Of a DNA stretch of 64,000 nucleotides, positions 8,949 through 17,803 are shown piece after piece. Each line of letters starts with the position of its first letter. Position 1 is the stretch's first letter. Origin of the DNA: Parcubacteria bacterium GBS-2 (GTDB taxonomy: Bacteria; Patescibacteriota; Minisyncoccia; Minisyncoccales; GBS-2); the NCBI GenBank assembly GCA_001443025.1, contig LEKP01000001.1, positions 97,889 to 161,888 on the forward strand. Reading direction: 5' to 3'. The notes under the pieces were generated by a model. It did not search any database. It saw nothing but the letters and a program-made list of their open reading frames with translations, and had not been told where the DNA came from. The position numbers were made by a program, and so were the translations under genes.

Positions 8949-9898
8949 AATTTTTTTAATTCCTCTAAAGACTCAAGAGATTTTCTTAAAACATTCAAGA
9001 AAAATCTTTTCCTTTCTTGAATTGTTTTTTTATCGTATTCTTTTGGTTTTTGCACAAAAGAATGAAACCCAACAAAAAGTGAATTTAATCTGAAAAGAAC
9101 TTCAAATGTTTCCTTTTTATTCCTTGGCAAAATTTTATAAAAATTGTCCAAAATTTTCCTTGCAACTTTTCTCTCTCTCCAAAGTCTTCCCCAAAGAAAG
9201 CAAACGTCGAAAGCAAAGTTTGAAATTTGCGCACTTTCCAAGTCAATTATCTTTATCTTTTTATCAAATAAAATTATGTTGCCAATTTGCAAATCTCCAT
9301 GACAAAAGTATTCGTTTTCTTTTTTCAAAATTTTGAAATTCTTTTTCAAAAATTCTTCAAGCTTTCTCAATCTTTCCCCTGAAAATATTTTTTCTTTTTC
9401 TATTTGCTCTGGTAATTGGAGATATTTTTTTAAATCGAATTTTTTCAAGAAAGGAAAATTGATAATTTTAATTTTTTGAAACTTCAAAAGGGCTTTGCAA
9501 ATTCTTAAAATTTCCTCCTGAGAAATTTTCCGTTTTAGTCTTTCGATATTCTTTCTATCTTCAAGAGGATCTTCATCAAAATACTCCCTTAAAATCCACT
9601 CAAAATCTTTTTTTATTTCGCCCTTGAAATATCTGGGAAAAAGATCATATCTTTTTTTCATTAAAACTTTGGCCAGCTTCACTTCTGTTGTCATTCTTTC
9701 TTTTTCAAACGGAGAATCATGTAATCTAGCATAAAAAATAAACCTTCTTCCCTTTTTATCTTGACAAACGGTTGAATATCTATGCTTTCTTCCATGGGTT
9801 CTTTTTAAAAATCTTTCTGGAGTTTCCAAGGGGGTGAGTTCTTCCTTTTTTAAAACCTCATTTATTTTTTCTGTTATTTTCGGGATTAGTTTAACCAT
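8945..9898 (-). CDS. aminoglycoside-phosphotransferase/choline-kinase-fold kinase
   Basis: Catalytic loop HGDLQIGNIIL followed by IIDLESA (APH-type HxDxxxxN..D). Confidence 0.6.
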   Translation of the reverse strand: MVKLIPKITEKINEVLKKEELTPLETPERFLKRTHGRKHRYSTVCQDKKGRRFIFYARLHDSPFEKERMTTEVKLAKVLMKKRYDLFPRYFKGEIKKDFEWILREYFDEDPLEDRKNIERLKRKISQEEILRICKALLKFQKIKIINFPFLKKFDLKKYLQLPEQIEKEKIFSGERLRKLEEFLKKNFKILKKENEYFCHGDLQIGNIILFDKKIKIIDLESAQISNFAFDVCFLWGRLWRERKVARKILDNFYKILPRNKKETFEVLFRLNSLFVGFHSFVQKPKEYDKKTIQERKRFFLNVLRKSLESLEELKKL

Positions 9899-10961
9899 TT
9901 AATATCCTGTAATACACTCTTTCATATTCCTTTGCCATTTTTTCTTTTGTGAAGTTTTTCTCAACCCACTCTCTGCAATTTTCTCTTTTGATGGCTGAAA
10001 TATTTTCGATTGCAGAAATGAAGTCATCAAAATTTTGTTTCCTTTTTTTGTAAGGTTTAATTACAAAACCAGTTCCTCTATCCTTCACTACTTCTGGAAC
10101 AGAACCTCTCGCAAAAGCAATTACTGGGGTTCCAGAAGCCATAGATTCTACCATCGTCAAACCAAAAGGTTCTTCCCACTGCAAAGGATACAAAAATGCG
10201 ATTGCGTTTCTGTAATAAAAAGAAAGTTTTTTTCCAGAAAGTTCTCCCAAATACCTAATTTTTCCCTTATTTAACTTTTTCTCAATGAATTTTTTAAAGA
10301 ATTGATGATCCTCTCTTTGTTGTGGGGGAGGAATTCTTCCTCCAATGTAAAGCGTAATTTTTGCCTTTTTCGCAATTTGGATTACCTCTAAAATCCCCTT
10401 CCTTTGTGATAATTCCCCAACCCAAATGAAATAATTTTTCGGTTTTTTGTTAAAAGGAAAACTTGAAATGTCAATTCCGTTATAAACGTTAGCGACATAG
10501 TTTAAATTAGGAGCGGGTTTTCTTTGGGCAAAAGAAATGGAAACCAATTTGGCATTCAATTTTTTATAGACCCAAATTCTATCTTTTCCTTTAAAGGGTA
10601 CATGCAAAGTATGGATGATCGGAATTTTCAATTGACCATATAAAGTTAAACTCCAGGGGCCTAAATGGTCGTGCAAAATATCTAATTTTAATTTTTCTGC
10701 CATTTTTGAAATTGTTATCATTTCCAAGGCATAATAAGGAGCATGATCTTTAATTTTTTTATTTACCCAGAGCGCCTTTTCAATTATTGGGATTAATTTG
10801 CAAGAAACTTTTGAATCTCCAGTTCCAAAAAGAAAAACTTCATGTCCCATTTTTTTCAAATCTTCGCAAAGCCAAAAAATAACCCTTTCTGTCCCTCCGT
10901 ATTTTTTTGGTGGAACGGGCAAATTTAAAGGAGAAATTTGTCCAATTCTCAACTTTCGCAT
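9891..10961 (-). CDS. GT4-family glycosyltransferase (paralog 1)
   Basis: N-terminus IGQISPLNLPVPPKKYGGTERV; C-terminus EEPFGLTMVESMASGTPVIAF (GT4 E-x7-E region). Confidence 0.8.
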   Translation of the reverse strand: MRKLRIGQISPLNLPVPPKKYGGTERVIFWLCEDLKKMGHEVFLFGTGDSKVSCKLIPIIEKALWVNKKIKDHAPYYALEMITISKMAEKLKLDILHDHLGPWSLTLYGQLKIPIIHTLHVPFKGKDRIWVYKKLNAKLVSISFAQRKPAPNLNYVANVYNGIDISSFPFNKKPKNYFIWVGELSQRKGILEVIQIAKKAKITLYIGGRIPPPQQREDHQFFKKFIEKKLNKGKIRYLGELSGKKLSFYYRNAIAFLYPLQWEEPFGLTMVESMASGTPVIAFARGSVPEVVKDRGTGFVIKPYKKRKQNFDDFISAIENISAIKRENCREWVEKNFTKEKMAKEYERVYYRILNG

Positions 10962-12043
10962 ATTTTTTGTAATTCTCCAAAAAATTTTTCCTCTCCTCTT
11001 TCAAAAACCTCTTTTTGCTTTTTTTTCATTTTTTTGATTTCTTTTTTATTAAATAAAAACTCCTCAATTCTTTTTGAAATTTTTTCAATTTTTGTCGTCT
11101 TTGTAAACATTTCACAAACCCCTATTCTTTTAAAAGGAGAAACCTCCCAAAAATGAAGCTTTGGTAATTCTTTTTTTAAAATTGAAACATTGCAGATTAC
11201 AGGAATTTGACAAGAAATTGCTTGAGCTAAAGTAACCATTCCCTGATGCATAAAAACCAAATCAGAAGAGGCTAAAATTTCAAAATATTTTTTTGATGAA
11301 ATTTTCTCTATGGTAATTAGCCATTTTTTTTGAACTTCAATTTTTGGTCCAATGTAAACGGCCTTGAGTTTTATTTCTTTCTCAACTAAACGATCGACTG
11401 CCTTGATAAAATTTCTTAATGCCCAATCTCGATATCCTGCGCCAAAACCAGAAAAATAAGAAAAAATCAACTTTTCTCCCTTCTTAATTCCCAGCTCTTT
11501 TCTTATTTTTTCTCTCCTTCCTTTTTTAAGTGACAAATAAGAAGGAATGAAACCGATCGGAATTAACTTTTCTTTCATCTCTTTTTCGATTTCAAAATCC
11601 CCCCCAAATTCTTTCAATCCGAGTTTGAAAATTCTTTCTGGAAACAAAACAAAATATTTATCTGCCCATCTTACAAAATCGTACAAAGGGTATTTTTTTT
11701 GATTGAAGAGCCAATTCGAATCAAAACAAAAAACAAATTTTGGTCTTTTAAAGGGGCATTCTTTTTTAAAATTATCATTCCACATTTTCGAATTGAACAA
11801 GAGTAAAAAATCTGGATTCTTTTTTTCAACAATTTCTTTTAATTTCTCTGGGGTCGGGGTTAAAAATATTTCAAATTCTTTATCATCTTCAAGGAAAAAT
11901 AAATTTTTCTCTTGATGCAGACAAAACAAAATTTTTCCTCCTTTTTTTGATAAAAATTTTGCCAAAGCTCTTGCTTGTCCTGTTTCCCCTGGTCCTCTCG
12001 AAACAAAACAAAATTTATAAGATCTGATAATAAATTTTTTCAT
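10949..12043 (-). CDS. putative GT-B fold glycosyltransferase (GT1/GT28-like), function unknown
   Basis: N-terminal FVSRGPGETGQARALAKFL and C-terminal SSDLVFMHQGMVTLAQAISCQIPVI resemble MurG/GT1-type nucleotide-sugar transferases. This is a weak, pattern-level call. Confidence 0.4.
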   Translation of the reverse strand: MKKFIIRSYKFCFVSRGPGETGQARALAKFLSKKGGKILFCLHQEKNLFFLEDDKEFEIFLTPTPEKLKEIVEKKNPDFLLLFNSKMWNDNFKKECPFKRPKFVFCFDSNWLFNQKKYPLYDFVRWADKYFVLFPERIFKLGLKEFGGDFEIEKEMKEKLIPIGFIPSYLSLKKGRREKIRKELGIKKGEKLIFSYFSGFGAGYRDWALRNFIKAVDRLVEKEIKLKAVYIGPKIEVQKKWLITIEKISSKKYFEILASSDLVFMHQGMVTLAQAISCQIPVICNVSILKKELPKLHFWEVSPFKRIGVCEMFTKTTKIEKISKRIEEFLFNKKEIKKMKKKQKEVFERGEEKFFGELQKICES

Positions 12044-13079
12044 AATTTTTTACCATTTTTTCAATTGAAAAATTTTTTTCAACCCACTCTCTACAATCTT
12101 TCCTTTTAATTTCTTTGATTCTGTCTATCGCCTCGATCAATCCCTCAAAATTCTTTTCTCCCTTTTTGTTCAAAAAAGGAACTACAAAGCCAGTTTTCCC
12201 GTCTTTAATTACTTCTTTTGCGGATCCAAAATTAAAAGCAATCACTGGAGTTCCGCAAGCCATCGATTCTGCCATGACTAGACCAAAAGGTTCTTCCCAC
12301 TCAATTGGATATAAAGTTGCAATCGCACCCTGATAAATTTTAATCAATTCTTTTTGCGAAACCTCTCCTAAATATTGGATTCTTTCGTTTAAATTTGGCT
12401 CTATTTTTTCTTTGAAATAATTCATTCTTTCAGGATCAACTTTTCCAATCAGCAACAATTTTATTTTTGTTTTTTTTGCGACATAAATTGCGTTTTCAAT
12501 TCCTTTATAAGGCTCAACCCTTCCCACCCACAAAAAGTAATCTTTTGGTTTGTTTGAAAATTCAAAAAGTTTCAAATCCACTCCATTATAAACGACAAAA
12601 TTTCTTTTGAAAGAAAAACTACAAAATTTTTTGTGAGCCTTCGATAAAAAAACTGCATTAATTTTCTCTTTATATCTTTTTGCAATTTCAAAGAGGGGAG
12701 TTTTCTTTTCAATTTTTATTGGATTGTGAAAAGTGAAAATTGTCGGAATTTTGACAAAATTTAAAAAGAAAAAAGTTTTTGGTCCGGTATGGCAGTGGAC
12801 GATATCAAAATTTTTCAAATTTGAAAAAGAAAAAGCAAGGTGTTCTAATTCTAAAAAGTAATCTGACCAGGGAATTTTATCTTGTGCCAAAGCTCTCTTT
12901 CTCCACCCGATAATTTTTACAGAAACCTTTGAATTTTTAGTGGTAAAAAGGGAAACTTTATGTCCCAATTTTTTTAACCCCTCTGTCAAATAATAGACGA
13001 TTCTTTCGATCCCCCCATACTTTTTAGGGGGGACAGGATACCAAATTGGAGCTATTTGGGCAATTTTAAGTTTTTTCAT
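12015..13079 (-). CDS. GT4-family glycosyltransferase (paralog 2)
   Basis: IAQIAPIWYPVPPKKYGGIERIV; EEPFGLVMAESMACGTPVIAF. Confidence 0.8.
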   Translation of the reverse strand: MKKLKIAQIAPIWYPVPPKKYGGIERIVYYLTEGLKKLGHKVSLFTTKNSKVSVKIIGWRKRALAQDKIPWSDYFLELEHLAFSFSNLKNFDIVHCHTGPKTFFFLNFVKIPTIFTFHNPIKIEKKTPLFEIAKRYKEKINAVFLSKAHKKFCSFSFKRNFVVYNGVDLKLFEFSNKPKDYFLWVGRVEPYKGIENAIYVAKKTKIKLLLIGKVDPERMNYFKEKIEPNLNERIQYLGEVSQKELIKIYQGAIATLYPIEWEEPFGLVMAESMACGTPVIAFNFGSAKEVIKDGKTGFVVPFLNKKGEKNFEGLIEAIDRIKEIKRKDCREWVEKNFSIEKMVKNYEKIYYQIL

Positions 13080-14103
13080 TTTTTGCCTTCTTTATTATTT
13101 TTTTATAAAGCTTTTCGTATCTATTAACCATCCTTCTCAAGCTAAAATTTTCTTCTATCCACTTTCTACAATTTTCTCTCTTTATTTTCTCAATTTTTTT
13201 CAATGCTAAAACTGCTTCTTCTATAGAATTGACCAAGAAGCCAGTTTCACCATCATTCATCAATTCTGGCATTGAGCCTTGTTTGAAAGCAATCACTGGA
13301 GTTCCGCAGGCCATGGCTTCAATAACAACTAAACCAAATGGCTCTGGTCTTTTTACTGGAAATAAAAATGCTTTTGCTCCTTGTAAAAGTTGAATTTTCT
13401 TTTTGAAATCTGCAGCTCCGACAAATTGAATTTTTTTTCCATCTATTAGTGGTTTTATTCTAAATTCAAAGTAATCTGCGTACTGTGGCAAAATCGGACC
13501 AGAAATTATTAATTTTTCTCCTGCAAGTTTTGCAATATCGATTGCCTCTGCAATTCCTTTATCAGGTCCAATTCTTGATAGCCAAAGTAAATAATCTTTC
13601 GGTTTTTCAGAAAATGGATATTTTTCTAGAGGGAGACCATGATAGATTGTTTTGACAACGTTTATTCCAGCAGCTCTTTTCATTTGATCTTTTGAGATTG
13701 CGACAAAATTAATGTTTGGGAATTTTTTGTAAAGAGTAATTGCCTCTTCAGTTAGGGGATGGTGCAAGGTTGTAACGATCGGAGGTTTTAAAAATTTTGA
13801 ATAAGGGCAAGTGTACCATTCGCAGTGATCGTGGATGATATCGAAATTGTCCTGCATTTCAATCAGTTTTTGGTAAAGCAAAGAAAAAACAGCATGAGGA
13901 GTTCTCAAATTTGCATTCCACAAAGAACATGGCCAAACAGGAACCAATTTTGCTTTCGTTTTTGAATCTCCTCCAGCAAACAACCAAACCTCATGCCCCC
14001 TTCTCACTAGTTCATCGCAAAGCCAGGCAATTACTAATTCAGTTCCTCCGTAAGTTTTTGGAGGAACGGAAATCCACAAGGGTGCAACCTGCGCTATTCT
14101 CAT
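13066..14103 (-). CDS. GT4-family glycosyltransferase (paralog 3)
   Basis: IAQVAPLWISVPPKTYGGTELVI; PEPFGLVVIEAMACGTPVIAF. Confidence 0.8.
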   Translation of the reverse strand: MRIAQVAPLWISVPPKTYGGTELVIAWLCDELVRRGHEVWLFAGGDSKTKAKLVPVWPCSLWNANLRTPHAVFSLLYQKLIEMQDNFDIIHDHCEWYTCPYSKFLKPPIVTTLHHPLTEEAITLYKKFPNINFVAISKDQMKRAAGINVVKTIYHGLPLEKYPFSEKPKDYLLWLSRIGPDKGIAEAIDIAKLAGEKLIISGPILPQYADYFEFRIKPLIDGKKIQFVGAADFKKKIQLLQGAKAFLFPVKRPEPFGLVVIEAMACGTPVIAFKQGSMPELMNDGETGFLVNSIEEAVLALKKIEKIKRENCRKWIEENFSLRRMVNRYEKLYKKIIKKAKNEKT

Positions 14104-14140
14104 AATTGAAAAAACTTTTAGTTTATTATAGCATAAATTG

Positions 14141-15865
14141 ATGGAGAGATCTCCAATCGAAGAAATAAAATCTCGACTAGATATTGTCGAGGTGATTTCT
14201 TCCTATTTACCATTAAAAAAGTGCGGAGCAAACTATAGAACTCTTTGTCCCTTCCACTCAGAAAAAACTCCCTCATTTTTCGTCTCTCCCACAAGACAAA
14301 TTTGGCATTGTTTTGGTTGTGGAAAATCAGGAGATGTTTTCAAATTCGTAATGGAAATTGAAGGAATTGAGTTTGGAGATGCATTAAGAATTTTAGCAAA
14401 AAGAGCGGGAGTTGAATTGAAACCAGTTTCTCCAGAGTATCAGAAATTAAAAACAGAAAGGCAAAGATTGTATGAAATTTGCGAATTAGCTTGTAAATTT
14501 TTTGAAAAACAATTGGAGGGAAAAACAGGAAAAGAAGTTGTTAAATATCTAGTGGAGAGGGGAATAAGCGAAGAATCAATCAAGAAATGGCGAGTCGGTT
14601 GGGCACCAGAGACAAAAAGGTCATTAGTTGATTTTTTGTCAAAGAAAGGGTATAAAAGAGATGAAATTGAGAAGGCAGGTCTTGTTATTAAATCAGAAAC
14701 TCACGAGTATTTCGATAGGTTTAGGGGAAGAATAATTTTTCCAATTTTTGATATCAATTCTCAAGTAATTGGTTTTGGGGGAAGAATTTTCAAAAAAGAA
14801 CAAGGCGCAAAGTATATTAACACTCCAAACACTTTAATTTACGATAAAAGCAAAGTTCTTTATGGTTTAGACAAGGCAAAAGTTGAAATTAGAAAGAAAA
14901 ACTTTTGTATTTTGGTTGAGGGTTACACTGACACGATTTTAGCTCACCAAGCAGGTTTTGAAAACACAGTTTCTGTTTCTGGGACTGCTTTAACTCAATA
15001 CCAATTGGCAATTTTGAAAAGATATTCAGATAATTTGTATTTAGCTTTTGACATGGACATTGCGGGGGATTTTGCGACAAAGAGGGGAATAGATTTGGCT
15101 CAAGAAGCAGGGTTTAACATTAAAGTTTTGATTTTACCAAAAGAAAAAGATCCCGCGGATATAATTTCAAAAGACCCAAAAGAATTTGAAAAAATAGTAT
15201 TGAACGCCATTGCAATTTTGGATTTTTATTTTCAAAGCGCATTTTCAAATTTTGATAAAAACACATTGGAGGGAAAAAGAGAAATTCTAAAGGTTTTGTT
15301 GCCAGTGATAAAAAGAGTTGAAAACAAAGTTGAGCAATCTTTCTGGGTTTCAAAATTAGCAAAGGAATTGGATACAAGAGAAGAAAGTATTTGGGAGGAG
15401 TTGGAAAAATTGAAGTTGGAAGAGAGAGGAATTGGACTGGAAAGAGAAGAAGAAAAAATTTTACAAAGATCCAGAGAAGAAGTTTTGGAAGAAAGACTTT
15501 TGACCTTAATTTTAAAATTTCCAGATAATTTAAATTTGATTGATGAAAACTCTTTCTCTTTTTTTAGTCAAAAAGGGAGAGAAGTTTTGGAAAGTCTGAA
15601 GATAAAAAATAAAGAACTCTCTCTTGAAACAAAAGAATATTTTGACATTCTTTCCTTAAGAGCAGAGGTTGAAGAAATTGAAAAAGAAAAAGTAATTCCT
15701 GAAATAAAATTTTGTTTAAGAGAAATTAAATTGATTAAATTAAAAAAAGAACTTGAAAAAGCATCAAAAGAATTAAAAAAAGCCGAAGAAGAAAAAGACG
15801 AGAAAAGAATTAAGGCTTTAATAGAAAAAATCAGTCAAATTTCAAAAAATTTGAGTAAATTATGA
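14141..15865 (+). CDS. dnaG: DNA primase DnaG
   Basis: Zn ribbon [39 protein letters not shown]. The first ATG (14141) is taken rather than the ORF-track TTG at 14138. Confidence 0.9.
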   Translation: MERSPIEEIKSRLDIVEVISSYLPLKKCGANYRTLCPFHSEKTPSFFVSPTRQIWHCFGCGKSGDVFKFVMEIEGIEFGDALRILAKRAGVELKPVSPEYQKLKTERQRLYEICELACKFFEKQLEGKTGKEVVKYLVERGISEESIKKWRVGWAPETKRSLVDFLSKKGYKRDEIEKAGLVIKSETHEYFDRFRGRIIFPIFDINSQVIGFGGRIFKKEQGAKYINTPNTLIYDKSKVLYGLDKAKVEIRKKNFCILVEGYTDTILAHQAGFENTVSVSGTALTQYQLAILKRYSDNLYLAFDMDIAGDFATKRGIDLAQEAGFNIKVLILPKEKDPADIISKDPKEFEKIVLNAIAILDFYFQSAFSNFDKNTLEGKREILKVLLPVIKRVENKVEQSFWVSKLAKELDTREESIWEELEKLKLEERGIGLEREEEKILQRSREEVLEERLLTLILKFPDNLNLIDENSFSFFSQKGREVLESLKIKNKELSLETKEYFDILSLRAEVEEIEKEKVIPEIKFCLREIKLIKLKKELEKASKELKKAEEEKDEKRIKALIEKISQISKNLSKL

Positions 15866-16989
15866 AGAAAAAGAAAACAAAAAAGAAAAAAACAAAAAAA
15901 CAAAAAAAAGAAAGGAAAAGGATAAAAAGAAAGGAGAAAAAGAAAGAGGTTTTTGTTGAAGACAAACTCTCTCAATTGATTCAAAAAGGAAAAGAGAGAG
16001 GTTTTGTTACTTTTTCAGAAATTTTGTATTTTTTCCCAGAAGTCGAAGAAGATATTGAAGGGCTAGAAAGGCTTTATGAAACTTTAGAAAAGGAAGGAAT
16101 AGAGGTTAGAGAACATAGAGGATTTTTGATGCCAGAAGAAGAGGAAGAAGAGTTGATCCCTGAAGCAAGAATCGACCCAGTCCAAATGTATTTGAAAGAA
16201 ATTGGCGAAACTCCTACCTTGACGGCTGAAGAAGAAAAAGAGCTTGCAAAAAGAATTGAAAAAGGGGACCGGGTTGCCAGAGAGAAATTGATAAAAGCAA
16301 ATTTAAGACTCGTTGTTTCGATTGCCAAAAAATATGTTGGCAAATCTCCCCACATGACCCTTTTAGATTTAATTCAAGAAGGAAACATTGGGTTATTTAG
16401 AGCGGTTGAAAAATTTGATTGGAGAAAAGGATATAAATTTTCAACCTATGCAACCTGGTGGATAAGACAAGCAATAACAAGAGCTTTAGCAGACCAGGCA
16501 AGGACAATTAGAATTCCAGTTCACATGGTTGAGTTGTTAACAAAGTTCAATCAAGTAAAGAGAAGGTTATTGCAAGACCTTGGCAGGGAACCTTTACCAG
16601 AAGAAATCGCAGCAGAGATGGGAATTGAGGTTGATAAAGTCCATCATTTAATAAAAATTTCGCAAGGAACAGTTTCTTTGGAAACTCCAGTTGGGGAAGA
16701 TGAGGAAGATACATTATCAGAATTCATCAAGGATGAAAAAATTCCTTTACCATCTGTTGAGGCAGCAAGAACATTATTGAAGGAAAGATTAAAAGAAATC
16801 TTGGTTGATTTAACTCCAAGGGAAAGAAAAATTTTGGAAATGAGATTTGGTTTGAAAGACGGAGTCACTCACACTTTAGAAGAAGTTGGAAAGGAATTTG
16901 GGGTGACTAGAGAAAGAATAAGACAAATTGAAGCAAAAGCATTAGAGAAATTAAGAGAACACAAAGAAATTCAAAAATTGAAAGAATAA
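15862..16989 (+). CDS. rpoD: RNA polymerase sigma-70 factor RpoD
   Basis: ATGA overlap with dnaG. Lys-rich N-terminus; region 2 [31 protein letters not shown]; region 4 [20 protein letters not shown]. Confidence 0.95.
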   Translation: MKKKKTKKKKTKKQKKERKRIKRKEKKKEVFVEDKLSQLIQKGKERGFVTFSEILYFFPEVEEDIEGLERLYETLEKEGIEVREHRGFLMPEEEEEELIPEARIDPVQMYLKEIGETPTLTAEEEKELAKRIEKGDRVAREKLIKANLRLVVSIAKKYVGKSPHMTLLDLIQEGNIGLFRAVEKFDWRKGYKFSTYATWWIRQAITRALADQARTIRIPVHMVELLTKFNQVKRRLLQDLGREPLPEEIAAEMGIEVDKVHHLIKISQGTVSLETPVGEDEEDTLSEFIKDEKIPLPSVEAARTLLKERLKEILVDLTPRERKILEMRFGLKDGVTHTLEEVGKEFGVTRERIRQIEAKALEKLREHKEIQKLKE

Positions 16990-17016
16990 TTTACTTTTGG
17001 TAAAATTAAATTACAT

Positions 17017-17092
17017 TCCGCGGTAGCTCAATTGGTAGAGCGCCCGGCTGTTAACCGGAGGGTTGCAGGTTCGAGACCTGCCCGCGGAGCCA
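17017..17092 (+). tRNA. tRNA-Asn (anticodon GTT), CCA encoded
   Basis: Manual fold: acceptor TCCGCGG/CCGCGGA, D-arm GCTC-AATTGGTA-GAGC, anticodon loop CTGTTAA, T-arm GCAGG-TTCGAGA-CCTGC, discriminator G plus CCA. Confidence 0.9.
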
Positions 17093-17185
17093 TGTACCAG
17101 AGTTTGCTTTGCAAACACGGTACATGGCCATGAACCGTGCTTTGTTCTGGTTCATGGCCCTTTTGTTTCTCCAAGAGAAACAAAA
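17091..17185 (+). other. three consecutive strong hairpins directly after tRNA-Asn (terminator stack or small structured RNA)
   Basis: HP1: CATGTACC/GGTACATG (17091-98 with 17119-26), with inner GTTTGC/GCAAAC. HP2: GGCCATGAACC/GGTTCATGGCC (17126-36 with 17149-59). HP3: TTTTGTTTCTC/GAGAAACAAAA (17161-71 with 17175-85). Confidence 0.5.
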
Positions 17186-17404
17186 ATTATCAATGAAAAA
17201 ATTGCAATAAAGAACTCTAAAATTATTACTAAAAGATTCATTGAAACTAAGTTAAATTCACCCATCGCTGGACATTTTTTTGTTTTATGTATTATCGTGC
17301 TTTTTTATTTTACGCTATATTTTTAGGAAGTTACTAAAAGCTTAGATTCTGGCGCTTAATGATTTGAACCCTCTTGATTTTCGTTTCGTTTTCGTGTTAT
17401 CTTA

Positions 17405-17444
17405 AATTCATCAAACAAGTTCTAAAATCATCCATCAAGCGGAG
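17405..17444. repeat. 40-bp direct repeat, copy 1
   Basis: AATTCATCAAACAAGTTCTAAAATCATCCATCAAGCGGAG matches 23322-23361 at 39/40 positions. Confidence 0.9.
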
Positions 17445-17803
17445 TACTTTCAATTTACTTTTTAAAAAATGTTAATCGCGCTTTAAAATGTTTTTTATTT
17501 TTCCAAAAAACTAATTTTTTTAATGAATAACTTACTACTTAACTCTTTTAGAAATTTAATCGAATCAGTTGCGCTTTAAAGAAAATTTTTTAAAGTTCTC
17601 AAAAGAAGAAATCTAAAATTATTCAATAATTCTCTGAAACTATTTTTTCTGTTATTAAGGGGTGCGTTTTTCGTAATTTATTAAACTAAAGTATAGTATT
17701 TTTTCATATTTTTATTCGTTGAAAAATTAAATGGAAGAATATAATTAAATAATAAAAAATTTACTATTGACAAAAAACAAATAATTTGATTAAATATAAG
17801 AAA

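Noticed and set aside
17063-17326. 87-aa ORF overlapping tRNA-Asn and the hairpin stack
   Set aside because: It begins inside the tRNA, runs through palindromic hairpins and AT-rich filler, and shows no protein-like features.
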